DNA from: Promethearchaeota archaeon
GTDB lineage: Archaea > Asgardarchaeota > Lokiarchaeia > Sigyniarchaeales > SOKP01
Direction: 5' to 3'
NCBI GenBank assembly: GCA_048940645.1
Contig: JBHLOI010000007.1
Location: 28,648 to 92,647 of the forward strand
DNA length: 64,000 nt
Positions 26,719-36,167 of the stretch are shown here, one piece after another. The notes under the pieces were generated by a model. The model worked only from the letters and a program-made list of their open reading frames with translations. It had not been told where the DNA came from and did not search any database. Numbering within the stretch: position 1 is the first letter of the stretch; the number at the start of each line of letters is the position of its first letter. A program made the translations under genes and the position numbers.

Positions 26719-27495
26719 CTATCTTGTTGTCCAACCACCATCTAACCTTAAATCTGCTCCTGTCATATAAGAAGATTCTTTACTAGCTAAAAATAAAATT
26801 CCAGTAGCTATTTCTTCTGGTTTTGCCCAACGTCCCATAACCCCTTCTTCTTCGAATTCATTTTTAACTTCCTCATAAGAAACGCCCCTGTCTTTAGCTT
26901 GTTTAGCAACATCACTTTGCAACATTGGTGTATCTGTTGCACCAGGACTTACACTATTAACTCTCACATTATAAGGTGCTAAATCTAAAGCTAAAGCTCT
27001 TGTATATCCTAGCACTCCTGCTTTTGTTGAACAGTAATTAGCATGGGCTACTTGCCCAATATGAGCTGCCACTGAAGCTAAAGTAATAATAGAACCCGAT
27101 CTCTGCTTTTTAAAGTACGGTACAGCATATTTACAAGTATAATGAGTTCCTTTGAGATTCACATCAATTAACAGATCATAATCTTCATCTGGAAAGTCCT
27201 CAATAGGACCTACTCGTACTACTCCAGCATTAACGATTAATACATCTATTCGACCATGCATTTCTATTGTTTTATCAATCATTTTTTTTACATCTTCTGG
27301 TTTTCTTACATCCACCTTCATAATTGTGATTCTTTCTTGTGCTTCACCTAAAGCTTCATTTGTTTTTTTAAGACCATCTTCATCAATATCCGATAAAACT
27401 TGAATTGCTCCTTCTTTTGCAAATAATTCAGCTGTGGCGCGTCCAATTCCAGAAGCTGCACCTGTCAACACTACTATTTTATCTTTTACTCTCAT
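26719..27495 (-). CDS. short-chain dehydrogenase/reductase (classical SDR)
   Basis: TGAASGIGRA cofactor motif, NAG, catalytic S...YCSTK, PGATDTP. Confidence 0.9.
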   Translation of the reverse strand: MRVKDKIVVLTGAASGIGRATAELFAKEGAIQVLSDIDEDGLKKTNEALGEAQERITIMKVDVRKPEDVKKMIDKTIEMHGRIDVLIVNAGVVRVGPIEDFPDEDYDLLIDVNLKGTHYTCKYAVPYFKKQRSGSIITLASVAAHIGQVAHANYCSTKAGVLGYTRALALDLAPYNVRVNSVSPGATDTPMLQSDVAKQAKDRGVSYEEVKNEFEEEGVMGRWAKPEEIATGILFLASKESSYMTGADLRLDGGWTTR

Positions 27496-27508
27496 AAATT
27501 TTACACCA

Positions 27509-28642
27509 TCATTTTATTACAATTTCTTTATTAAGGCTTGAAAGCCTTTCAGTGCCGTTATCTGTAATTCGGTAACAATCTTCTATGCCCACTAATCCTT
27601 GACCTCTTACGTTAAGCCAAACTTCTAGATCAAGCACCATATTTTTCTCAAATAAAATGTCCATAGCACCTGTAGGACCAAATAAATGTGCTTCTTCACA
27701 TTCTACTCCAATACTATGTCCAGTAATTAAATAAAAACCTCTCTTTGTGAGGGATTTCAAGAAGTCCTGAGCTTCTCCTCGAAAATCTTTAGCATTAACT
27801 CCGGGATTGATATTTTCAGCACAATAGTCTTGAACTTGTATCATATATTCAATTGCTTCTTTAGCTTTTTTAGGAATCTCTCCGATAACAACTCCTCTAC
27901 TTACATCTGAGATATAACCTCCCCAAACTGCACCAAAATCAAAACGTACAATATCATTTGCTGTTACTGGGATTCCTAAACCAGGAGCTTCTGGATCTGA
28001 TGAGCCTATATTCATCGTAAGATGATCCCAACCCCAAGCACCTTCATTCACAATTGTCCTTCTCGCAATTTGTAATAGTTCAGTATCTAGCACATTTAAT
28101 TCAGTTGCTTCAATACAAGCTTGAATTGCCTTTTCAGCAACTTCAGTAGATTTTTTAATTCGCCTAACCTCCTCTTCTGTTTTAATTAATCTCATATCAA
28201 TAAATGCTTTATCACCATTTACAAATTTAGCATTGGGAAATTTCTTTTGTAGAGCCTCAGATTGATATCGAGGCATAAAAGACTCAAGTGCTATAGTTTT
28301 ATTTCCTAATTCCCATTCATCAACTTTTTTTAATAGTAACTTCACTGCAGCATCCACAGATCCAATTCTTATCACCTCACTTGGATCAAGCCAAGAATAT
28401 TCTTCTATACTATCATATAAAGACCAAACTAATGCACTTTCCTCTCCATCCCTTCTAACCATTGATAGAAATGGGTATTGATTTGATAATACATATAGGA
28501 TAGGATTTGGAGCAACGTGAGTTACTGGTAATCCAGTTGTATAAAATACGTTTACTGGTGTAGAAGCAATTAAAAGATCAATATCATGCTTATTTAGAAC
28601 TTGTTTTGTCCTATTTTTACTATAACCTATTGGACCAACCAT
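27509..28642 (-). CDS. M24-family peptidase/creatinase-like hydrolase
   Basis: Creatinase-N-like N-terminal domain plus pita-bread C-terminal domain (DFGAVWGGYISDVSR, GHSIGVECEE, VGIEDCY). Confidence 0.8.
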   Translation of the reverse strand: MVGPIGYSKNRTKQVLNKHDIDLLIASTPVNVFYTTGLPVTHVAPNPILYVLSNQYPFLSMVRRDGEESALVWSLYDSIEEYSWLDPSEVIRIGSVDAAVKLLLKKVDEWELGNKTIALESFMPRYQSEALQKKFPNAKFVNGDKAFIDMRLIKTEEEVRRIKKSTEVAEKAIQACIEATELNVLDTELLQIARRTIVNEGAWGWDHLTMNIGSSDPEAPGLGIPVTANDIVRFDFGAVWGGYISDVSRGVVIGEIPKKAKEAIEYMIQVQDYCAENINPGVNAKDFRGEAQDFLKSLTKRGFYLITGHSIGVECEEAHLFGPTGAMDILFEKNMVLDLEVWLNVRGQGLVGIEDCYRITDNGTERLSSLNKEIVIK

Positions 28643-28783
28643 TGAAACTTACTGATTTTTAGTTTATAATCATTAAAATATAATTTGAGTTAAAAACTTT
28701 TAATAAAATATTCCTATGGTTATAGTGTAAAAACCAAGAGATTAAGGGCAAATCTTTAAAAATTTTAATTTAATTTCTTAATT

Positions 28784-28963
28784 ATGGATTTTGTGAAATA
28801 TGGAATAATTGGCTCTGGTTCAGTTTGGCGTTTTCATAGAATTGGAAGCAAAACTAATCCAAAAATTAAATTTAGAGATGGGATTAGAGATATATTATTA
28901 CTTAAAATAATGGTTTATGAATTAAAAAAAAAAAGGGGTAGCAGTAATTATGAATCAAGTTAA
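28784..28963 (+). pseudogene. truncated N-terminal remnant of a second Gfo/Idh/MocA oxidoreductase gene
   Basis: 59-codon frame found by hand: MDFVKYGIIGSGSVWRFHRIGSKTNPKIKF then unrelated residues and a stop. The first 30 aa parallel the N-terminus of the downstream gene (MNQVKFGLVGAGVVYIYHERAIRNNSKIKF). The frame runs into that gene's start. Confidence 0.45.
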
Positions 28964-30074
28964 ATTCGGCTTAGTTGGCGCGGGAGTTGTTTACATTTAC
29001 CATGAAAGAGCTATAAGAAATAATTCTAAGATAAAATTTTCTTCTATATATGATATAAATTTGAAGGGAGCAAGGAGGACTGCTAAAAAGAAAGGTATGG
29101 ACTACTATAAGAATTATGATGAGCTTCTAAACAGTGACATCGATGCTGTTTTAATAATGACGCCTCATTATTTACATATTGAGCACGTTGTTGCTGCTGC
29201 TGAGGCTCAAAAGCACATTTTATGTGAAAAACCTATGGCAACAACTCTCGAGGGCTGTGATGAGATGATAAAAGCAACTAAAAAAGCTGGTGTCAAATTT
29301 ATGATTGCAGAAAATCATAGATTTTTACCTGCACATGAATATATAATGAAGACAGTACAATCTGGTCTAATTGGAAGACCCTTTCTGATTCGCTCATATG
29401 AAGGTGTCAATGAGATAGAAGGTCTTATGAAAGAAGGCTTTTGGAAAGGACATCCAATTTTAGCTGGAGGTGGAGCATTAATTGATATGGGAGCTCATAA
29501 ATTTGCTACCCTCAATTGGATTTTAGATGATGAAATAGAATCTACATATAGTTATCTCTCTAAACAATGTACAAATTTAGAAGAAAAGGCTGAAGATAAT
29601 GCTATTACGATATTTAAATATAAAAATGGAACTATCGCAGAAACAGCGGTAAGTTTTACAGTTGTTTCGCCATTAACGAACAGTTTAGAGATATATGGAA
29701 CTCAAGGCAGTATTATAGAGAATCATGCTTGGCAAAATCCTATTAAGATTTTTTCAAAGCATCCAGATTTGGGAAAGTATAAAGGAAAATGGTATGAACC
29801 GAAAATTGAACATGGACCGTATCCTAAATATTATGAGATTTCTATGAGAAATGAAGATTTGCATTTTTCTGATTGCATTATAAATGATACTGAACCTGAA
29901 TTTACTCCTGAGCAAGCTAAAGAAGCTATTTTTGATGTGTTAATGTCATATCTATCAGCAAAGAATGGAAAAATGGCAACTCGTAAAGACTTAAATGACA
30001 TATACGAGACAATTGGTACACATACAATTTTAGAAGGATTAGAAAAAACTGTCCATAATAATTATTGTATTTAA
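28950..30074 (+). CDS. Gfo/Idh/MocA-family NAD(P)-dependent oxidoreductase
   Basis: Rossmann GLVGAGVV, family signature LCEKPMA, AENHRF, C-terminal alpha/beta dimerisation domain. AAGGGGT RBS upstream. Confidence 0.85.
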   Translation: MNQVKFGLVGAGVVYIYHERAIRNNSKIKFSSIYDINLKGARRTAKKKGMDYYKNYDELLNSDIDAVLIMTPHYLHIEHVVAAAEAQKHILCEKPMATTLEGCDEMIKATKKAGVKFMIAENHRFLPAHEYIMKTVQSGLIGRPFLIRSYEGVNEIEGLMKEGFWKGHPILAGGGALIDMGAHKFATLNWILDDEIESTYSYLSKQCTNLEEKAEDNAITIFKYKNGTIAETAVSFTVVSPLTNSLEIYGTQGSIIENHAWQNPIKIFSKHPDLGKYKGKWYEPKIEHGPYPKYYEISMRNEDLHFSDCIINDTEPEFTPEQAKEAIFDVLMSYLSAKNGKMATRKDLNDIYETIGTHTILEGLEKTVHNNYCI

Positions 30075-30586
30075 TAATTATCACATAAGCTTATTCTACT
30101 AAACTTACCGGCTCTTCTTTTTTAAATACCACTTTTATCATATTTTCATTAATTTGAAAATTCCCCGAGATGAATATTCATTTCAAAAGGTTTTATTAAT
30201 AATTCTGGAGTAGATAATCTACTAAAAAGAAATGAATCCTTTGAAAATACTTCTTTTGTTGAAAATGGAGAATTTCAAATAGAAAATTTAGATTTTTCCC
30301 CCTTATTAAATGATGAAAATTTAGTTCAGAAGTGTGATTTAGCAAAAAAAGAATATCTTACTATGGCAAATGATATCCATATACTTCTAAAAAAGTGTGA
30401 TAATTTAAATAATAATCAGAAATTAGATTATTGTAATAACGAAAGATATTACATGAAACAATATTTAAAATACACGTTATTAAAAGTTAATAAATGTGTT
30501 CCTGAATAATTTAAAAATATAAAAATTAAAGTTATTAAATTCCAATCCTTAGGAAAACTAACTTTATTAGTATTAAATTTAAAATT

Positions 30587-31450
30587 ATGCAATTTTCAAA
30601 ATCAATAGTTGAAATAATAAAAGAACGTACTTCCTGGAGAACATATTTAAAAAAACTCATAGAAAATGAACCAAGGAGCCAAATTGATAAACTTTTAAAA
30701 TTAGAAGAAATTGATAGTCCTTTTAAAAATGTATCTGGGAGTTCTCGATTTCATTTAATAAGTGTGCCAGAATTCGATCCCGAAGAGAATATTAAGATCG
30801 GAACTTACGGTATGATAAAAGGTGCTCAGGAATTTATAGCTGGAGTCACTGAGAAATCTAAGTACGATCTCGAGAATTACGGTTATATATTTGAAGCTAT
30901 TATATTAGCAGCCACTGATATGAATTTAAAAACCTGCTGGCTGGGGGGTACGTTTCATCGTTCACAAATTTCTAAAATGATTCAACTTGAAGATAATGAG
31001 ATAATTCCTGCTATAACTCCCATTGGATATCCTGCTACAAGAAGATTGAAAGAAAGATTCATTAGGTCTATGGCTAAAGCAAAAGTGAGAAAATCTTGGG
31101 ATGAAATCTTTTTTATCGGAGATTTTAACACTCCAATTAATCAAAAAAATATTGGAGAATATAAAACAATTCTTGAAATGGTTAGGATTGCCCCATCAGC
31201 AGGGAATAACCAACCATGGAGGATATTAAAAGATAATAATCAAGATATTTATCACTTTTTTGTAAAGTACTCGGATTCCAAAAGAGGTTCAATTTATAAT
31301 GCGTTTGTGCGACTTGATATAGGAATTGCGGTGTGTCATTTTGATCTTACTGCTAAAGAATTAGGATTAAATGGAAGATGGGAATTTTTAAGTCCAGAAA
31401 TTGACAAAGCAGAAAGCCTAAAATACATAATCTCTTGGAATTCAACTTAA
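30587..31450 (+). CDS. nitroreductase-family protein (two-domain, TM1586-like)
   Basis: RTSWRTY near the N-terminus and RIAPSAGNNQPWRI in the second half are typical FMN nitroreductase-fold signatures. Confidence 0.75.
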   Translation: MQFSKSIVEIIKERTSWRTYLKKLIENEPRSQIDKLLKLEEIDSPFKNVSGSSRFHLISVPEFDPEENIKIGTYGMIKGAQEFIAGVTEKSKYDLENYGYIFEAIILAATDMNLKTCWLGGTFHRSQISKMIQLEDNEIIPAITPIGYPATRRLKERFIRSMAKAKVRKSWDEIFFIGDFNTPINQKNIGEYKTILEMVRIAPSAGNNQPWRILKDNNQDIYHFFVKYSDSKRGSIYNAFVRLDIGIAVCHFDLTAKELGLNGRWEFLSPEIDKAESLKYIISWNST

Positions 31451-31464
31451 TTTATTAATCATTT

Positions 31465-31492
31465 CGTGAAACACTCATTTCACGTAATTTTT
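31465..31492 (+). terminator. 7-bp hairpin (CGTGAAA-cactca-TTTCACG) followed by a T5 tract
   Basis: Lies 15 nt after the nitroreductase stop codon. Stem and T-run read directly from the sequence. Confidence 0.35.
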
Positions 31493-31624
31493 ATTAAACA
31501 AAAAATAGAGTTTGTAGAGAGCAGCACTAAGTAAAATAAAAAAAAGTTATTGATTTTTTCCAATTATTTCTTTTGCGAAACTTCGAGCTTCTTCCAGCTC
31601 TAAAGTTTTAACTATAGAGCTTAT

Positions 31625-32248
31625 TTATAAAAATTTTTTATTAAAACCAATATATAGGCTACCCAAAGCTAAACCTACTCCAACTAAGAAAGTAATACTT
31701 ACTATATAAAATAGACCGAGTCTGCTGATATCTAAAAAGGTATATAAGTAATCACCAGTGAAAATCCCGTGCATAAAAGAAAAAACTAAATAACCTATTG
31801 GATATATCGTCCAGTATGGAAGGTAGTTCCACTTATATTTCTTAGTTTCAGTGAATATCCAATCTACTATGAATGCGATTGGAGTAAGATAGTGTAAAAT
31901 AATATTACTAAAAGCTGCCCATCCAGTAGGTTGGTAAAAGATCTGTAGTAAAATAGCAAAGAAAATAAAAGTTGTTGTTATATAAAGAGTTAAAGCTCCT
32001 TTAAGAGGCCCCTTAATTTTCTCAAGAGATTCTGGTTTATTATACCAAAAAATAGCTAGTGTAAACCATATGGTAACCATTAAGTTTGTTTGCATGGTGT
32101 AATATTTAAAACCGACTAACCAAATCAGAGGGTTTCCAGAAGCAATTGAACTAATAAACCAACCAGTTATAATAGTAAACCAACTTAGCCCAGCAAAAAT
32201 TATACGGTAAATTAAAACTGTTTTAATTGAAAGATTTATGTTTTTCAT
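31625..32248 (-). CDS. Pr6Pr/FAR-17a-AIG1-like integral membrane protein
   Basis: 6-TM protein with FKYYTMQTNLMVTIWF and HYLTPIAFIVDW motifs typical of this family, as I recall it. Confidence 0.45.
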   Translation of the reverse strand: MKNINLSIKTVLIYRIIFAGLSWFTIITGWFISSIASGNPLIWLVGFKYYTMQTNLMVTIWFTLAIFWYNKPESLEKIKGPLKGALTLYITTTFIFFAILLQIFYQPTGWAAFSNIILHYLTPIAFIVDWIFTETKKYKWNYLPYWTIYPIGYLVFSFMHGIFTGDYLYTFLDISRLGLFYIVSITFLVGVGLALGSLYIGFNKKFL

Positions 32249-32379
32249 TCTTAAAATAACCTATTTAAAATATAGTTGTATTGGTAAGTTGAATTATTGA
32301 ATTAAAACCATTCCTTTTTATCCTTTTATTATATCATCAAAACCTATTTTATCAATAATACTCTCATTTAGCGTAATTT

Positions 32380-32931
32380 TTATCCAAATTTGTCATAATA
32401 AAATGTTGAAATTATCTGATCTTTAGTTTCAGATTTTAGCTCGTATTCAAGTTTTAAAAAGTTATCAAACCCATTTAAGGGATATTTATGAGATATTATA
32501 ATAGCTTTATTTTTTGCTGTTAAAAATACATGGTATAAATATTTCTGCATTGTTGGTAATGAATATATGTAAATAAAATCAAAATCTATCAAGTCGATTT
32601 CATAGAAATCTCCATGGATAACCTTAATTTTCCTAAATAGTTTTCGGTGATATAGCTTTTCCTTCTTTAATAATTTAATATGTCTTTTTGCTTCTTTTAT
32701 TAAATTGTGATTAATTTCAATCCCTATGGATTTAATTCCGTAATTTAAAGCTGAATAAGCAATTATTTGGCCATTTCCAGAACCTAAATCAACTAATTTC
32801 TGATTTGAATTTTTAATTAATCTAAACCTAAGCCTTAAAGTTTCGAATATTTTCTGAATTAACTCTCCATTTGTTTCTAGAAATGGTAAATCTATTTGTG
32901 AACTGATTTCTAAAAAGCGAGATCTCTTCAT
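32380..32931 (-). CDS. class I SAM-dependent methyltransferase
   Basis: Motif I KLVDLGSGNGQI, motif II GIEIN, post-II HGDF. Confidence 0.75.
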   Translation of the reverse strand: MKRSRFLEISSQIDLPFLETNGELIQKIFETLRLRFRLIKNSNQKLVDLGSGNGQIIAYSALNYGIKSIGIEINHNLIKEAKRHIKLLKKEKLYHRKLFRKIKVIHGDFYEIDLIDFDFIYIYSLPTMQKYLYHVFLTAKNKAIIISHKYPLNGFDNFLKLEYELKSETKDQIISTFYYDKFG

Positions 32932-33098
32932 CGGAAATATCTATTTTATTATATTACACAATAATGTAAACTTTTTCTTTTCTTTCCATATTTTTAAGAT
33001 TCTTAACCATTACAATTGTTAATAGTATTATTAAACTTTTAAAAGGAAAAAAATTTCTAATATTAAAATTTTAAAACCTCTCAATTCCTTCTTACAAA

Positions 33099-34097
33099 AT
33101 GGCTAAAATATTAGTGACTGGTGGAACTGGTTTTATTGGTATTCCATTAGTAAAGAAATTAAACGAGTTGGGCCATGAGATTAAGCTTTTAGTACGAGAA
33201 TCAAGTGATACTTCTCCTTTTCAAAACCTTGACAATATTGAATATGTTAATGGTGATGTTCGAGATATAGATAGCTTATATAAAGCAGTAGATAATATTG
33301 AAATGATCTATCATCTTGCAGCTTACACTGGAATATGGGCGCGAAAGAAATCAATTTATTATGACGTTAATGTGAAGGGAATAGAAAACGTTGCTAATGT
33401 TGCTCTTGAAAAGAATCTTAAATTATTTTATGTTAGTTCTTTTACTGCCTTAGGTCCTACTCCTCCTGAACCTGTTGACGAAACCCATGAAAATCAAAAT
33501 TTTTGTATGGAATATGAGAAATCAAAATTTCAGGCAAAAAAGTTGATTAAAAGTTTAATACCAAAAGGATTGAAAGTAATAATATTTTATCCAGGAATCG
33601 TATATGGTCCAAGAGATTTTAATGTTTTTGGTAGAATGCTATATGATGTCATGAGAGGAAAAATTCTTCCCTTAGGAGTATGTCCTGGAGAGGGAGGTTC
33701 TATGACTTGTCTATCTTATGTATATGATTTATCAAATGCATTTGTAAGTGTAGTCAATAGAGAAGACCTTTTTGGGGAAGATTTTATTCTAGGTGGAGAA
33801 AATGTTAAATTTAGAGAATATTTAGATTTAATTGCTGAAATTGGAAGAGATAAAAAAGCAAAAAAGCTTCCATTCTGGGTTACGATAGTTTATGCATGGT
33901 TATTGGAAGTAAAAGCTTTCTTCAATAAAAAAGTGCCTTATTTGACTCGACCTACACTTAGAGCAATTAGATATCACAGAGCATATTCTTCAAAAAAAGC
34001 CATTGAAAAACTCAATTACAAAATTACACCCTTAAGAGAAGGATTAGAAAAAACAATTAAATGGTACAAGGAATTTAATGAAAAAGAAAAAAGTTAA
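33099..34097 (+). CDS. NAD-dependent epimerase/dehydratase (extended SDR; HpnA/3-beta-HSD-like)
   Basis: KILVTGGTGFIG, catalytic S...YEKSK, length 332 aa. Confidence 0.85.
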   Translation: MAKILVTGGTGFIGIPLVKKLNELGHEIKLLVRESSDTSPFQNLDNIEYVNGDVRDIDSLYKAVDNIEMIYHLAAYTGIWARKKSIYYDVNVKGIENVANVALEKNLKLFYVSSFTALGPTPPEPVDETHENQNFCMEYEKSKFQAKKLIKSLIPKGLKVIIFYPGIVYGPRDFNVFGRMLYDVMRGKILPLGVCPGEGGSMTCLSYVYDLSNAFVSVVNREDLFGEDFILGGENVKFREYLDLIAEIGRDKKAKKLPFWVTIVYAWLLEVKAFFNKKVPYLTRPTLRAIRYHRAYSSKKAIEKLNYKITPLREGLEKTIKWYKEFNEKEKS

Positions 34098-34115
34098 GAA
34101 GGGGATTTTAAAACA

Positions 34116-34595
34116 ATGTTGGAAGAAGAGTTAACAAGTCAAATTATAGATCAACAGAAATATAAGACAGAATTAGCAAAGAAATATACTACATTTCTAT
34201 CAAAATATCCTGAAATCTTTTCTGATTTAATTTCTGGTTCAGATTTTGATTTTGCACTTTATGATACGATTGAAGATTATGATAATAGAGCCCCTGTAGA
34301 TGTATTTAATGTATATTGCAATGGCCATGGAATAGAAATTAGACCAGGGCGAGCAGATGATTCTGATTTAGAACTAGCACTTTCAATAAAAGCTGTTAAA
34401 AAATTAATCCAAACAACAACTAAGGTGGAATATGCACAGCTTCTGGGCTATTTCTTTAATAACCCCGACGAGGAAAAAGGCTGGATCGATTTTATCTTGC
34501 ATAAAAGGACTCAGATTTTAATTAATATGGGCTATGGAAGATTTGCTCGAACCGCTGGTATTCTCGAAGAGGATGATAATGTTTATAGTATTTAA
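34116..34595 (+). CDS. hypothetical protein, distant paralog of 36168-36575 (possibly SCP2-like)
   Basis: SDLELALSIKAVKKLIQ...EYAQLLGYFFNNPDEE...MGYGRF aligns with PDLILYFTERAILNLIK...EEYYHRYRKVMDNPRPE...IGYKKW of the other ORF. Confidence 0.35.
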   Translation: MLEEELTSQIIDQQKYKTELAKKYTTFLSKYPEIFSDLISGSDFDFALYDTIEDYDNRAPVDVFNVYCNGHGIEIRPGRADDSDLELALSIKAVKKLIQTTTKVEYAQLLGYFFNNPDEEKGWIDFILHKRTQILINMGYGRFARTAGILEEDDNVYSI

Positions 34596-34654
34596 AACTC
34601 TTTTTTAAATTAAATTTGAAATTATATTGAAATTCATAAAGGTAAATAGGATAA

Positions 34655-36148
34655 ATGTCAAAAGTTAAAGAATTAGAAATAAAAAATAAATATACAGGTG
34701 AAGTTTTAAGAACTATACCAGCAGACACTCCAGAGACGGTTCAAGAAAAAATAAAAGAAGTACATGCAAGTCAAAATCTCTTAAAAGAAATGGATTTTTT
34801 TGAGAGAGCTCAACTTCTTTCTAATTATGCAAGCAAATTGCGATTTAAAAAGAAGCAACTAAAAGATTTAATTGTAGCAGAAGGGGGTCTACCTATCAAA
34901 TATTCAGAATGGGAATTGAATATTGTAATGACGGGATTTAGATTTTGTGACTGGTATTATCAATTCATAGAAGAGAAACCATTAACAAGCATAGAAGGAG
35001 AGCAATTTGTCAAAATAAGATATATTCCTCATGGATTAGCAGCATGCATTTCTCCTCGTAATACCCCTATAAGTCTTCCTCTTTATCAATGGGGGGCAAA
35101 TTATTTAGTAGGTAATGCAGCCATCGTTAAACCTTCCACAGCTTGTCCACTAACTATGATAGAAGCCCAATCCATGATGGAAGAAATGAATTTACCTGCT
35201 CTTGAAGCTCTTAATTTAGTAATTGCCCCTGGAAATTGGGCTGTTGATGAATTTCTTAAATCTCCATTGGTTAAAACTCTAATGACGATTACTTCCTCTC
35301 ACACTGCTAAGGATATCTTAGTACGTTATGCCAATATCTTAAAAAAAACCGTTGATAAATCAATGGGAGTGGCAATGTATACTAGTCCATTTAAGAATTT
35401 TTTCTTTGAATGTGCCGGTAACGATGCAGGGATTGTGATGGATGATGTAAATCTAGAACAAGTAGCAAAATGGAACGTTATGGCTAGTTATACAAACTCT
35501 GGTCAACAATGCTTTTCAATGAAGCGTCTAATTGTTCATAGTAACATTTATGATGAATATATCGAATATTTAATAAAGGAAATTGAGAAATTAAAATATG
35601 GAGACCCTACGGATCCAAGTACCGATATTGGTCCATTAGGGAGTCGTAAAATTTTAATGATGATGGAAGTGATGGTTGCAGATGCAAAAAAATATGGCTG
35701 TGAAATATATACGGGGGCTGATAAAATCGACACAGGAGAAGATTATGGTTTATTTTATAAACCAACTCTGGTAGAAATAAAGCCTGAATTGTGTGAAGAT
35801 TTAACTAAAGCTCCATTTTTATGGCGAGAAGAGGCTTTTGGACCTGTTAGATCTATCACCAGAGCTGAAAACTTAAAAGATGCGATAAAATTGGCTAATG
35901 CTAGCAACTATGGTATGCGAGCAGTAGCTTATACCTCAAATTTACACACTATAGAAACTTTTAAAAACGAATTAGAAGCTGCGAACATATACATTAATGC
36001 AAGACCCATGCTCACTGATATTACAGTTGCTCTGGGGGGAATTAAAGATTCTGCTTATCCTCCCGGATGTAAATATTATCCACAAGAATTAGTTTTTGGA
36101 AAATATATTTATGATGGAACTCCAATTAATCTTGAAAAACTTAAGTGA
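34655..36148 (+). CDS. aldehyde dehydrogenase family protein
   Basis: ALDH layout with general-base Glu context (FFECAGND), catalytic Cys context (NSGQQCFSMKRLIVH) and EEAFGPV motif. Confidence 0.9.
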   Translation: MSKVKELEIKNKYTGEVLRTIPADTPETVQEKIKEVHASQNLLKEMDFFERAQLLSNYASKLRFKKKQLKDLIVAEGGLPIKYSEWELNIVMTGFRFCDWYYQFIEEKPLTSIEGEQFVKIRYIPHGLAACISPRNTPISLPLYQWGANYLVGNAAIVKPSTACPLTMIEAQSMMEEMNLPALEALNLVIAPGNWAVDEFLKSPLVKTLMTITSSHTAKDILVRYANILKKTVDKSMGVAMYTSPFKNFFFECAGNDAGIVMDDVNLEQVAKWNVMASYTNSGQQCFSMKRLIVHSNIYDEYIEYLIKEIEKLKYGDPTDPSTDIGPLGSRKILMMMEVMVADAKKYGCEIYTGADKIDTGEDYGLFYKPTLVEIKPELCEDLTKAPFLWREEAFGPVRSITRAENLKDAIKLANASNYGMRAVAYTSNLHTIETFKNELEAANIYINARPMLTDITVALGGIKDSAYPPGCKYYPQELVFGKYIYDGTPINLEKLK

Positions 36149-36167
36149 TCTAGAAAGGGATTTTATT

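Noticed and set aside
31550-31627. After the TAA stop of the Pr6Pr-like gene, the same frame stays open for 25 more codons (ISSIVKTLELEEARSFAKEIIGKNQ). This suggested stop-codon read-through.
   Set aside because: A 25-codon open stretch is well within chance. TAA is the strongest stop and no read-through context is evident.
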